Below, piece by piece: positions 47,978 through 61,800 of a stretch of DNA of 64,000 nt (its first letter is position 1; each line of letters starts with the position of its first letter). Position numbers and translations under genes: made by a program. The notes under the pieces were generated by a model. That model saw nothing but the letters and a program-made list of their open reading frames with translations. It did not search any database and was not told the DNA's origin. Where the stretch lies: NCBI GenBank assembly GCA_014905635.1, contig JABVCE010000020.1:620001-684000 (forward strand), written 5' to 3'. Source of the stretch: Scenedesmus sp. PABB004. Lineage: Eukaryota.

Positions 47978-48598
47978 GCGGCGACTCGTGCGTGACCGCG
48001 CGAGCGGCCAGCGGCCAGCGGCCCCACGAGCAGGCCGCGGCGGCGGCGGCGTCGGCGCATCAGCCGCCAGCAAAGGCGGCGGCGGCAGCGGTGGCAGCGG
48101 TCAGCAACGGCGGGCGGACGGGGTCGAGGGAGGCGCTCGGCGCGGCGCGACGAGGGCAAGACAAGAGACAAGGGCGCCAAGAAGACAAGAGAAGGGCTCA
48201 AGCCCAGGGCGCGGCCAGGCGCCCGTACAAGGAGCTGGGACAGGGCTCCTGGCCAGCGGCGCTGGCCGGGCACGCAGCAGTGTCTGCCTCGGGCCGCGCA
48301 TCACTGACCGCACTCGCACATAAACGAACCCGGCGGCGTGCTGGGCCAGGTTTAACTGCCGCGTGGGCTCGCCGCCGCTCAGTTGCCAAGCGCAACGCCC
48401 CGCGCCACCGCTGGAGCAAGCAAGGCGCGTCTGCAGCGCCGCAGAGCTGTTGTACACTCGCGCCAGCGCCCGAGCGAGCGCCGCTGGCCCGCCCGCCCCG
48501 CCGCACGCGGCAGCCCGCCGCTGGCAGCGCAATGCGCGCCGCCCTCGCTGCGCCCCTCTCGCCGCACTCGCGCGCCCGCGCCCGCGCCCCGCGGCGCG

Positions 48599-49570
48599 TC
48601 ACTTGGTCGGGTTCTTGCGCAGCGTCACGCCCAGCACGCGCGACAGCTTGGACAGCACCTGCCGGCGGCCGCGGCGGCGGGCGGCGCCGCGCGTGAGCAG
48701 CAAGCCACGCAGGCCTAGGCAGCGGCGGCGGCGGCGGCGGCGGGCGGCGGGCGGCGCTGCGCCGCGGGGAGAGCTGCCGTCGGGCGGCCGGGCACCTGGG
48801 GGTTGGGGATGGCCTTGCCGCTCTCATACTCTTGGATGACTTGCGGCTTCTCGTTGATCAGCTGCGGCCGCGCCGGCGGCAGAGACGGCGCGGAGCAGGC
48901 GCGGCCTGGCGTCGGGGCCCGCGCCCCGGCCGCCGCCGAGCAGCGCCGCGCCGTCCGTCGCGCGCGGAGCGGCCGCCGCCGCCCGCCGCCGCGGCCGCCG
49001 CCGCGCACCTGCCCTAGCTGCGCCTGCGTCAGCTTCTTGGCTGTGCGCGCCGCGACGATCTGCTTTTTGAGCTCGGTGGACACCTTTTCGTCTGCCGGTG
49101 CGCGGCGCGGCGGCAGGCGCGTCGGCGCGGCGCGGCGGCACGGCGCGTCGGCGCGGCAGCGGCGGCGGCGGCCGCGCGCGCGTGGTCGCCGGGCGCGGCG
49201 GCTCACGGTGGAAGTCCTCCGTCTCCGCGTCCAGCTTGTGCGCCGCCTTGCCGCTCGTCGTCGCGACGCCGCCGGGCTTGTTCTGCCCCGCGGTCACTGT
49301 GCGGGGCGCGGACGCGGGCGAGGTGGGCGCCCGCCCCGGCGCGCCGCGCGACGCCGGCGCCGCTGCTGGGCGCCGCGCCGCGCGAGCGGCCGCGCGCGGC
49401 GGGGCAGCGGCGGTGCGGCGGCGGCGGGGCGGCGCACTCTTCTTGGTGGTCTCCACGCCCACGCCGGCGCGGCGCGCAGCGTTGACGGCGCCCTCATCCT
49501 TGAGCGCCGCGGTGGTGGGCTTCTTCTTGCGGATGACCACCGTGTCCCAGTCCTGGCCGTTGAGGTTCAT
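48599..49570 (-). CDS. MBF1: Multiprotein bridging factor 1 (5 exons)
   Basis: QDWDTVVIRKK, AGQNK, KLDAETE, and the HTH LTQAQLGQ|LINEKPQVIQEYESGKAIPNPQ|VLSKLSRVLGV. Confidence 0.96.
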
Positions 49571-51608
49571 GGCTGCTGCGGGCGCGGCGCAGTGCGGCGC
49601 GGCGCGGCGCGCAGCAGCGGCGTCGGCGGCGCCGCCGCGCGCGCGCCGTGAGCCGGCGCCCCTCCGCGCGTGCTGGGCGCTGCGCCGGGCGCCCATGCGC
49701 GCGCCGGCGCGGGTCGGGGCCCGCGCAGGCCGCGGGCGGCGCCAGAGCGCGCGTGCATCACAGGCAGGGCCGGCTGCGCCGCGCGCGCGCGCCCCGGCGC
49801 GGCGCGCGCGGGCCAGGACCGCGCGGCCCGCTGCCACCCCGCTGTCCAGCAGGCGCCCACCTGGCGGCTGGCTGCGCAGGGGGCGCGACGCGGCGGCTGC
49901 AGGCGCTGGCGCGGGGAGCGTGGGGCTGTGTGAGCACGTCGGCTGGCTGCGAGGCGTCGAGGGAGTGTGTGTGTGGCGGAGCGCGGCGGGCGAGCAGGAG
50001 CAGCGGAGCAGCGGCAGGGCGCAACGCGGCGCTGGGCCCTGGCTCTCGGTGGCGGCGGCCGGCGGCCGGCGCGGGCGCGGGCCCGGCGTGCTGGAGATGC
50101 AAGCAGGCTGTCTGGCACCGTCGTGGCACCGCCGGCGTGCGGCGCGCTCCGTGTTGCCGCGCGCACGCCCCCGCCCGCAGCCCGCGGCCGCAGCCGCGGC
50201 GCGGCGCCGCCCGAGTCGTGGAACCCGCGCGGCCGCCCGCTGCTGCCGCAACTCCCTCCCCACCACCCTTTCCCACCCACCACCATCCTTTCCCATCATC
50301 ATCACAGCAAAGAACCACGGACAGGCCCCTGGTGGTCGGGAGGCAAAATTGGTCACCGAGTTTTTAGGCATTTTTCCTGTTGATAGGTGCGCAACACGTT
50401 TGCGCCGGCAGAGACACACACGCGCACGCACGCGCCCGCCACAGGCAGAGACGCGCGGAGGCAGAAGGCCGCAGAAGGGGTCCGAGCGAGCGGAGGAGCG
50501 CGCGCGCGCGCAACGCGCGGCGCAGCAGTGCGCAGCGACGGCGCGCCGCCGCTGGTCAAGACGTGGGGTCAGCAAACGACGACGGTGACGACAACGGTAA
50601 GGTGTGGGACACGACGGCGCGGTCCGACGGTGAAGAGGCGAAGCGCCGGCACAAAAGGGCGTTGCTGCGCGCGCCCGCGGCGCAGCACGCCCCATCCCGA
50701 TCCCAATCGCCCGCGGCCGCCAGTTCTGAGCCGCTGCCGGCGCCCGACAGGGTGCCAAAGGTGCCAAGGGCCGGCGCCGCGCGCGGGCAGCGCTGCCCGC
50801 GCTGCCGCCACGCGGCGCCGGCGATGCGGGCCGCCCGCGCGCGCGGGGCCAGTGTCGTCCGCCCTCGCCCTCGCCACTCCCGCAGGCCTTGCTGGTCTGG
50901 CCAGCCCTGGCCGTGCACACGCCATGCATTCCCGGGGGATCCTTGAGCTGCGCAGAGACACAGACTCGGGCTGTGGGGCACGACGCACACGTGTCATTGG
51001 CAGTCCCTGGGGGCGCACACGGACGCTGCCAACACACACACACGCACGCAGGAGCCAAGAGATGCGCGAACGATCGATTGGACAGCCGGCGGCGCCCGCC
51101 TGCGCGCCAATGGCTTGGCGGCAGCGGCCGCCGAGCCCCCCAAAAACCGCGCGCGCGCCTGCGGCGGCGCGACGCGCTCCCGTGCTGACGGCTCTCGCCG
51201 GCGCGGCGGGCGGGCGCCCGCCGGCCCGCCGCGCCGGGGTCGCACCGATGAGCCGCGCGCGCCCTTGCGCCCGCTTTCGGGCGTGGCAGCGCCGCCGCCA
51301 CCGCGCGTGCTGTCCACGGACGGTGGGTTGAGCAGCAGCCGCGCGGCGGCGGCGGCGCCGGTTGGGCAGCAGCAGGCGCCGCAAGTGCTGCATTTGGCGC
51401 GCGTTCTTCGTCTGTAGTCTGTAGTCGTCAGCGCCCTCTCCCGGCCCCCTCTTTTCCCATCCAGTGCATCCCCCAAAACCCCCACCGCTGCTGGGTCCTG
51501 GGTGCCGCGCACCCGAACCATGTGCCCACACAACAACTGCCACCTCCGGGCTGATACCATGCGCCAGTGCTGCGTGCAAAAAGAGGCGGCGCGCGCCGCC
51601 GCCGCGCG

Positions 51609-51929
51609 AGCTGTCCACGACGGTGGGTTGGTCAGCTTGCGCTGCGGCGGCGCGCGCCAGCCAGCGCCTGGCGCAAGCTGTCCACGACGGTGGGTTGGTC
51701 AGCTTGCACACGGCGCAAGCTAGCTGTCCACGACGGTGGGTTGGTCAGCTTGCGCTGCAGCGGCGCGCGCCAACCAGCGCCTGGCGCAAGCTGTCCACGA
51801 CGGTGGGTTGGTCAGCTTGCACACGGCGCAAGCTGTCCACGACGGTGGGTTGGTCAGCTTGCGCTGCGGCGGCGTGCGCCAACCAGCGCCTGGTGCAAGC
51901 TGTCCACGACGGTGGGTTGGTCAGCTTGC
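51609..51929. repeat. Array of six identical 32-bp hairpin units with alternating 35-bp and 10-14-bp linkers
   Basis: AGCTGTCCACGACGGTGGGTTGGTCAGCTTGC at 51609, 51676, 51722, 51789, 51831 and 51898. A degenerate partial copy sits near 51309. Confidence 0.95.
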
Positions 51930-52338
51930 ACGCAGCGGCGGCGGCGCGCGCCGACCAGCGTCGGCGCGTGCGTGGCAAGTACAAGCGGCCGGCCCCGCGG
52001 CCGCCCCGGCGCAGCGGCGGGCGGCCGGCTTGGCGCGCCCGCCGCGCGGCGCCGGGCCGGCCGCGGGGTGCGGCGGCAAAGGCAATGGATCCAGACGGCG
52101 CCCGCCGCACCAGGCTGAACCTGGGGGCGTGCGCAACCTAGCGTCCGCGCCGCTGACGGGCGCTTATTTCTGGGCAAGTGCGTGCTGGGGAAGGAGCAAA
52201 AAGGCTGTGCGCGAAGCGGGGAGCTTGACCACACACGCGTGACGCGCGGTCGCGGCAAGCCGGCGCGCCTGGCCTGGCCTCGGCCGCCTGGCCGGGCCGG
52301 GCCGGGGCGCCCAGCAGCGAGCCGCGGCGGCGCGCGGC

Positions 52339-54114
52339 TCACTCGCAGGAGCGGCGGCGCTTGCTGTCGGGGGAGGCCGCCTTGGCGGCGGCGGCCGCGG
52401 CCGCCTTGGCCGCCTGGCCGCGCCGGTACTTGTGGAGGGCCTGGTGCACCTGGAGCTGGATGTCGAGCGCAGACACGCCGTCGAGCTCAGTGCCCGGCTC
52501 GGCCACAGCCTCAAACACGTCGGCCACGGCGCCGCCGGCGCTCGTGGTGATCGCGGCGCGCGTGATCTGGCGGCGCGGGCGGCGCGGGCGCGGCGCGGGC
52601 GCGGCGCGGGCGCGGCGCGGGCGGCGGCGCGCGTGAGCGCGCGGGGAGGGGGCGCGGCGGCGCCGGGCTGCGCGCGGCGGCAGCGCGGCGCGGCGCGCCG
52701 GCGCGCGCACCTGCAGCGGCAGGCCGCCGAGCGCGGCGGTGATGTCTGAGAGCAGGCCGTGGCGGTCCTTGCAGTTGACCTTGACCAGGAAGCAGCCGGG
52801 CCCCTCCTCGACGAGGACGCCCACCGCGGCGGGCGCGTTGGCCGGCGCCTGCGGCGCGTGAGCGCGGCGGCGCGTGAGCGCGCGGCGGCGGGCGCGGCGC
52901 GGGCGGGCGGGCGCGGGGCGCGGCGCGGCGCGCGCGCGGGCGGGCGGGCGGCCGCGCACCGGGGGGAGCTCCGGGCATGCGGCCGGCGGCGTCGCGCCGT
53001 TGCTGGCGGGGCCGCTCAGGCTGCGCTGCAGCAGGGACTGCGCGCTGACGCCGCTGCCGCCGTCGGCGCCGCTGCTGCTGGTGGTCGCGGCCGCCGCCGC
53101 CGGCGCCGCCGCGGCGGCGGCGGCGCGGGCGCTCGTGCGCAGCTGGGCCTTGAGCTCGCGCAGCTGCTTCTGGTCCTTCTCCGCCTGCGGCAGGCAGGGG
53201 GGGGGCGCCCCGGCGCAGCAGCAGGGGCGGCGGGCGCGTCAGGTTGAAAGCGCGGCCGGCGCACGGGCCCGGCGGCGGCGGCAGCGCCGCTGTGCGCACC
53301 CGCTCCTTCATCGTGCGCAGCAGGCTGATCGTGTCGGCCAGCACCACGTGCTTGGGGCGCTTGGCGTCCGCGGCGGCGTCGCCGCCGCCCCGCGCGACCG
53401 CGGCGGACGGCACCAGGTCGCGCAGCTGCGAGCAGCGAGGCGGGCCGGGCGGCGCGTGTCGGCGCGTGCCAAGCGCGCGCCTGCGCGCGTTTGCTCGAGC
53501 CGGGGCGCGGCCCGGGCGCGCGCCGTCCAAAAAATGAGGAACGGCGCGCGCGGGCGCACCTCGTCAATGAGCGAGTTGATGCGGTCGCGGCGCTGCTTCT
53601 CGACGGTGCTGTGGCTCGCCTGCGCGCGCGCCTCTGCGAACGGGCGCGGAGGGCGCCGCTCAGGCGCCGCGCGGCGCGCCCTGGCGCGCCCCCAGCGCTG
53701 CTCTCGCCGAGCTGGCGTTCCACCGAGGCGCGCGGCCCGGGCCGCACCTCGCGCCGGCGCGGACGCCGCCAGGTAGTCGGCCGGCATCGCTCCCGGCGGG
53801 ACGGCGCAGAACACGGCGCTGCTGCCCGCGAGGAGCAGCTGGTGGCCCCCCGCGTAGCCGTAGAGCGCCCCACCCGCGCCCGCGGTGGTCGAGGCCACAG
53901 GGCTGCTGGTGCCGCTCTGGAGCTCGCCCTGGAGCGGGCGCTCGGCGTCGCTGGTGGCCGGCAGGGGCAGCACCTCGCCCGGCATGCCCCCCGCGAGCGC
54001 CTCGCCGGCGGGCATCTCCTCTGTTTTGGCCCAGTACGTGAGCATGTCGTTGAGCTCGCCCTCGGTGAAGCGATCGGTCACCGGCGCCGCTTGGGGAGGC
54101 GCGACCAGAGCCAT
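52339..54114 (-). CDS. bHLH transcription factor with C-terminal ACT-like domain (6 exons)
   Basis: bHLH: SHSTVEKQRRDRINSLIDE|LRDLVP...KHVVLADTISLL. ACT-like: FLVKVNCKDRHGLLSDITAAL...ITRAAITT...DVFE. Confidence 0.92.
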
Positions 54115-55052
54115 GTCGGCTGCGGCGTCCCTCGTGCGGCGACGCGGCGGCTGGCGCGCCGCGGGGCGTTCCGGCGTGCGCTCGCGGCCTCGGGGCGGGG
54201 GTGTGGCGGCGCCGCGGGGGCCGGGCGCGGGCACATGGCCTCGGGCAGCTGCTCACGTGTTGTGGAGGGTACAGAAGCGCAGGACCACAGCAGCGCACCC
54301 GCGAGCGCAGCGTGCGCCGATATCGACTGGCACGCGGTGCGCCGGGACGCCCGCACGCGCGTGCTGGGCCGCGGCGCGCGCCACGGCGAGCGTGAAGGTG
54401 CCCCGATCGGCGAGCCGGGCGCCTGTGTGCGATGCGACGACGACCGCGCGCCGTGTGGCCCCGCGCCCGCGGAGCTGACAGGCCGGGGTGCGTGCGGTGC
54501 GACCCGCGTGGCGGCGGCGCTGGGCGCGGGGAGCTGCGGGTCGCCCGCCTGCGCGTGCCGCACGCGGCGCGGCACCACCAGGAGCGGCGAGGCACGATCA
54601 GGTGAGCGCCTCGCCCCCTGCGCGCCTTGGCAGCCGGCGGAGCGCACTCGGGAGCCTTACCGTGACACCGCCTCGCTCGCAGAGGCGCAGTCGGCCGCGC
54701 ACGCAGCGCAGCGCGCCCGCACGCCGCGCGCCGCACGCCGCGCGCAGCCGGCCGCCAACGCTGCGGCACGCGCAGCCGGCCGCCAACGCTGCGGCGCGCG
54801 CGCCGCGCCAGGGGTGGAGTTTGAACTGCAGGCCCAGCCCGCTGCTCTGCTTGCAGCTCAGCGCGCCGCCGCCGGCCACCGCCGCCGGCGACGCGCGTCG
54901 CCGCGTGCGCACACGCGGTCGCCGACAGAGCCCTGCCGCCGGCGACGCACGCAGCCGCCGACACCCCTGCCTCGTCGCCGCCACCAACCTTTGGTGCCTT
55001 CACACAGGGCCCCTCGCCAGCTGCTGCGGAGGGCCCGCGCGTTAGGGCTCGG

Positions 55053-55651
55053 CGGCGCGCGCGCCCGAGTCGGCCGCGCACTTTCTCTTTGAGTGCGGCG
55101 CGCCCGGCCGCCCTGCGCGCCTCGCTGCGCTGCTTGCGGACCTCGGTGCCAGCGGCGGGGGCGCGCATGCTGGCGCGCTGACTGCGCACCTGCGTGCGGC
55201 TGGTGTTGAGCTGGCGGCCAGCGGCAGCCAGGAGCTGGAGGCTGGAGCTGGCGGCGGCGGCAGCGGCAGCGTCAGCGACCCCGGCGTCGTGGCTAGCGCG
55301 GCGGCCCCTCGGGCTGCTGACGCAGGCGCGGCGGTCAGCATCAGCGACAGCGGCGTCGCGGTTGATACGGCGGCCCCTCGGGCTGCTGATGTCAGCGCGG
55401 CGGTCAGCGTCAGCAGCGTCGCTGCTGGTGCGGCGGCCCCTCGGGCTGCCGTTACCGGCGCGGCGGGTAGGTGTGCAGCACTGGAGCAGGCTCGGCGTTA
55501 TCTGCTTGGTGATCTGCTGCAGGATCAGCTTGCTGTTCACTCTGTGGCAGATTATGTGATGGACATCTGGAAGATGCGGGACACCGTCCTTAAGGGGTGC
55601 GGGACCAATGGGCGCGAGCCTGTGGTGTAACTATCTTTGTCTTTGTCTTTG
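55053..55651 (+). mobile_element. 5'-truncated non-LTR retrotransposon (LINE) 3' end
   Basis: Open frame ESAAHFLFEC (end of the ORF2 CCHC knuckle)...DIWKMRD...* at 55630, followed by a (TCTTTG)3 tail. Absent from the sister duplicate. TCGG flanks both sides. Confidence 0.75.
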
Positions 55652-55679
55652 TCGGTGCGTCGCGCCGCGCGGCGGCGCC

Positions 55680-55916
55680 TCACGACTCGCCGCGGCCGCG
55701 CCGCCAGCTGGTGCCGCTCTGGAGCTCGCCCTGGAGCGGGCGCTCGGCGTCGCTGGTGGCCGGCAGGGGCAGCACCTCGCCCGGCATGCCCCCCGCGAGC
55801 GCCTCGCCGGCGGGCATCTCCTCTGTTTTGGCCCAGTACGTGAGCATGTCGTTGAGCTCGCCCTCGGTGAAGCGATCGGTCACCGGCGCCGCTTGGGGAG
55901 GCGCGACCAGAGCCAT
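55680..55916 (-). pseudogene. Chimeric 78-aa ORF: bHLH N-terminal 70 aa + Rab8-derived tail
   Basis: MALVAPPQ...LQSGTS is identical to the bHLH gene and is followed by WRRGRGES*, compared with Rab8 RRGCCES*. Confidence 0.75.
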
Positions 55917-56834
55917 GTCGGCTGCGGCGTCCCTCGTGCGGCGACGCGGCGGCTGGCGCGGGCCGCGGGGCGTTCCGGCGTGCGCTCGCGGCCTCGGGGC
56001 GGGGGTGTGGCGGCGCCGCGGGGGCCGGGCGCGGGCACATGGCCTCGGGCAGCTGCTCACGTGTTGTGGAGGGTACAGAAGCGCAGGACCACAGCAGCGC
56101 ACCCGCGAGCGCAGCGTGCGCCGATATCGACTGGCACGCGGTGCGCCGGGACGCCCGCACGCGCGTGCTGGGCCGCGGCGCGCGCCACGGCGAGCGTGAA
56201 GGTGCCCCGATCGGCGAGCCGGGCGCCTGTGTGCGATGCGACGACGACCGCGCGCCGTGTGGCCCCGCGCCCGCGGAGCTGACAGGCCGGGGTGCGTGCG
56301 GTGCGACCCGCGTGGCGGCGGCGCTGGGCGCGGGGAGCTGCGGGTCGCCCGCCTGCGCGTGCCGCACGCGGCGCGGCACCACCAGGAGCGGCGAGGCACG
56401 ATCAGGTGAGCGCCTCGCCCCCTGCGCGCCTTGGCAGCCGGCGGAGCGCACTCGGGAGCCTTACCGTGACACCGCCTCGCTCGCAGAGGCGCAGTCGGCC
56501 GCGCACGCAGCGCAGCGCGCCCGCACGCCGCGCGCCGCGCGCAGCCGGCCGCCAACGCTGCGACGCGCGCAGCCGGCCGCCAACGCTGCGGCGCGCGCGC
56601 CGCGCCAGGGGTGGAGTTTGAACTGCAGGCCCAGCCCGCTGCTCTGCTTGCAGCTCAGCGCGCCGACGCCGACCACCCCCCCCCCCCCGGCGACGCACGC
56701 AGTCGCCAGCACACCCCTGCAGTCCTCGTCGCCGCCTCCCAACCATTCGCGCCTGCGCAGGGCGCCCCGCCAGCTGCTGCGGGGGGCCCGCGCGTTGGGG
56801 CTCGGTGCGCCGCGCCGCCACGCGGCGGCACGCC

Positions 56835-58365
<1,531 letters not shown>

Positions 58366-58642
58366 CCCGGCCCCCTCCCGCGCGACGGGCGCCGCGCCTG
58401 CCCGCCCGCGCGTCCCCGGTACAGCCTCCGCGCTGTGCTCTCACGCCACGGCGTGCTGGCGGGCCGGCTCGGCGCGCGTGGCGGGCAGGGCAGCAGCAGG
58501 AAGCAGAGCAGAGCTGGCGACAGCTGGCGGGTCAGGTGGGCTGGGCTGCTGGCGTGTGGCGGCCGCCGCGGCGGCGGCGACCGAACCGGCCGGCGCGGCC
58601 AGCTCTGCGCGGTTCAGCCGGCCCACGCACAACCCCCGCGCG

Positions 58643-58794
58643 TCAACCGCCCCGGGCCGCCGCCGCGCGCGCCGCCGCGACGCTCTCCTCCAGCGCGGCC
58701 AGCGCGGCGGCGCTCTGCGCGATCACGCGCGCGTAGCGTGCGGCGACGCGCGGCCGCCGCACGCCGCCCGCGCCGCCCGGGCCGTCCCCGGCGG

Positions 58795-58825
<31 letters not shown>

Positions 58826-61800
58826 GCGAGCAGCGCCCGCACGATGCGCGGCAGCTCCAGCGCCGGCACCGACAGCGCGGCGGCCTCGCCGCGCGGCGCG
58901 CTGCCGGCCTGGGCCGGCACAGGGCTGGCTGGCCGCACCGCGGCCGCCGCGACTGCCAGCTCCGCCTCGCAGCCCTGTGCCGCCTCACCGCCCGGCGCCG
59001 CTGCAGCTGCCCCCGCGTCGCCGTCCGCCTCCCCGCCGCCGGCGGACGTGAAGCGCACACACGGGCGCGGCCCGCCGTCGGCGCTGCGCCGCGCCGCGCG
59101 CGGCCCGCCGTCGGTGCTGCGCCGCGCCGGGCGCGGCGGCCCGTCTTCAGCATGGCCTGCGGCGCGGCCGTGCCGGCCGCTCCCCTCGTCGTCCCACGCC
59201 ACGCCGCGCGCGGCGGGCGCCGTCTGGCCCTCCGGCGCTCGCGCGCGCTCCGCTGCCGCGCCAGGCTCGCGGCCGGCGGCGCCCCAGCCGCCGCTCCGCT
59301 TCAGCGCCCCTGCCGGCGCCGTGGGCGAGCCGGGCTGCGAGCGGCCGCCGCCGCGCGACGGGTCGGCCGCCGACGCGGCGCCGCTGCCCGGCGCGCCAAA
59401 GAGCGGCGACGGCGCGGCGCGCTCAGCGCCGCGCGCCGGCGGCTCGCCGGCGCCGCTCGCGGCGATCGCTGCCAGCAGGCCGGCCACCTCGGCAGCGCTG
59501 CCCGCGTTCAGCACCGCGCCCTCCACCTGCGCGCCGGGCGGTCGCGGGCGGGGCGGGGTCAGCGGTCGGGCACGCGCGCCGCCGGGCCGCAGCAGAGGCG
59601 CGTGCGCCCCCGGCCGCGCCTCCCGCCGCACCGGCAGGGGGTTGCCGCCCAGGTGGAGCTCCGCGAGCGCCGGCAGCGCCTGCAGCTCGGCCGCGGGCAG
59701 CCAGCGCAGCTTGCAGTGGGCCAGCTTCACGCTGCGCAGCTTTGCTAGGGCCGACAGCCCAGGCGGCAGCGCGGACAGCAGGTTGTGGCTGGCGTCCAGC
59801 AGGCGCAGCGCGGTCAGCGCGCTCACGCCCGCCGGGAGGTGCCAAAGGCGGTTGGAGCTGACCGCCAGCGCGCGCAGGTTGGTCAGCGCGGTGATGCCCT
59901 CTGCGCGCGCACACGCGCGGGCGGCGGCGCGGCGCGTGGGCGGGCGCGCCCGGCGCGAGCGCACGTCCCGTGCGCGGCCGCCGGCGCCCGAGGGGCGCGC
60001 AGGTGCAGGCGCCGCGCCGTGAGCGCGCGTGCGCGCTCGCCTGGGAGCGACGTGAGCGCGTTGGAGTGCAGGATGAGCGCCTGGAGCGTCGCCGCAGCGC
60101 CCCCCAGGTCGGCCGGCAGGTGCGTGAGCGCGTTGCTGGACGCCATGAGCACACCGAGCGAGGGCAGGCGCAGCACCGGCGGCGGCAGCGCGCGCAGCAG
60201 GTTGTGGTCCAGCACCAGCTGGCTCAGCGACGCCAGGCACGACAGCTCCTGCGCCACACAGCCGGGCGGGCGCACGGCCGTTGAGTGCGCGGCGCTGGCC
60301 GGCGGCGCCGCCACGCCGCGCGCGCTGCGCGCGGCCACCGCTGGCCGCTGGCGGCCCGCACCTCTGGCAGGTCTCGCAGGCGGTTGTTGGTGAGGCAGAG
60401 GCTCGTGAGAGCGCCGGAGCGGCCCGGCAGGTCCCAGACCTCGCGCGGCAGCGCGTCCAAGCCGCAGCCCGACAGGTCGAGCGCGCCGGCCGCGCCCTCG
60501 GGGCGCAGCAGCGCGAGCACGCCCGCCTCGCCGCGCGCCTCGAGCACGCGGCCCCACGGCGGGCGCAGCGGGTTGCCGCGCAGGCTCAGCTGCGCCAGGC
60601 GCGGCAGGCCGGCCAGGCCCGGCGGCGGCTCGCGCAGCGCGTTCTTCGCGAGGCTGAGCGCCGTGAGCTGCGTGAGGCCCAGCACGGGCGGCGGCACCGC
60701 GTCGAGCCCCGCCTCGGCCAGGTCCAGCGAGAGCAGGCGGCTGTCGTGCACGCGCACCAGGAGCAGCGGGTCCTGCGCGCGCGCCGGACGCGGCACGCCG
60801 CGGGGAACGCGCCGTGTGGTCGTGGAGCGCGGGGCGCGCCGCGGCAGGCGCCTCGCCGCCCGCGCTGCTGGCGCACCTTGGCGTACAGTGCGGCGAGCAG
60901 CGCGGCGAGCGGGCAGCCGTCTGCCTGCAGGCCCTCGAGCGCGCGGAGCTCGCCCAGGCCCGGCGGGAAGTCAGAGACGCCTGGGCCGGCACGGCACGGC
61001 ACAGCGGCGCGGCGGCGCGGGCGTGTGTCAGGGTGGCGCGCCGCCACGCGGGGCACGGCTCGCGGCGAGCTTTCTGCTGCGGGTGCGTCCAGCGCAGGCG
61101 CGCTCACCGGTGCAGTCTATGTTGAGCTCCCTCAGGCCCGTCAGCTCGCACAGGGGCGCGGGGAAGGCGGCCAGGGGGTTGAACCCCAGGTTCAGCACCG
61201 ACAGGCCGCTCAGGCGCCCCGCGCTCGGGGGCAGGCCAGAGAGGCTGTTGAAGCTGACGTCCAGGAAGCGCAGCTCGCGCAGGCCGGCCAGGCCGTCGCC
61301 GAGGTCCGCGAGCTGGCACGCCGCGAGGCTCAGCTTGGCCAGGCCGGCGCAGCGCCCCAGCACCTGCGCGGGGCGGTGGCGTCGGCCCCGGGCGCGCCGC
61401 GGCGCCTGCCGGCCGCGCTGCGCCGCGCGGCGGCGCACCGGCGGCACCGCCGCGAATGCGTTTTCGCTGAGGAACGCGGCCTCCAGGGGCGCCGCGCTGA
61501 GGCTGTCGGGCAGCGCCGCGAGGAAGTTGTTGGCGGCGTAGAGCTGCTGCAGCGCCGGCAGGCAGGCGCCGAGGTCGGGCGGCAGCGCCGTCAGGCGGTT
61601 GAACGAGACGTTGAGCACGCGCAGCGCCGGCAGCGCGAGGCCCTCGGGCAGCGCGCGCAGAGCGTTGCAGGACAGGTTGAGCACCGAGAGGCGGCCCAGC
61701 GCGCACAGCAGGCGCAGCGGCGGGGCGCGCAGGCGGTTGCCGCTGAGGTCGGCGACCTGCGCACGTGCGTGTGCGGCGCGCGAGGGGCCGGGTCGAGGGG

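Noticed and set aside
50355..50380. U12 snRNA or telomerase template (ATGCCTAAAAACT on the minus strand)
   Set aside because: Only a short partial resemblance. Spacing to the Sm-like site is too short, and there is no full telomere template.
51609..51929. CRISPR array
   Set aside because: The linkers are not unique spacers (two alternating types, one only 10-14 bp), there are no cas genes, and the context is an intron-rich eukaryote.
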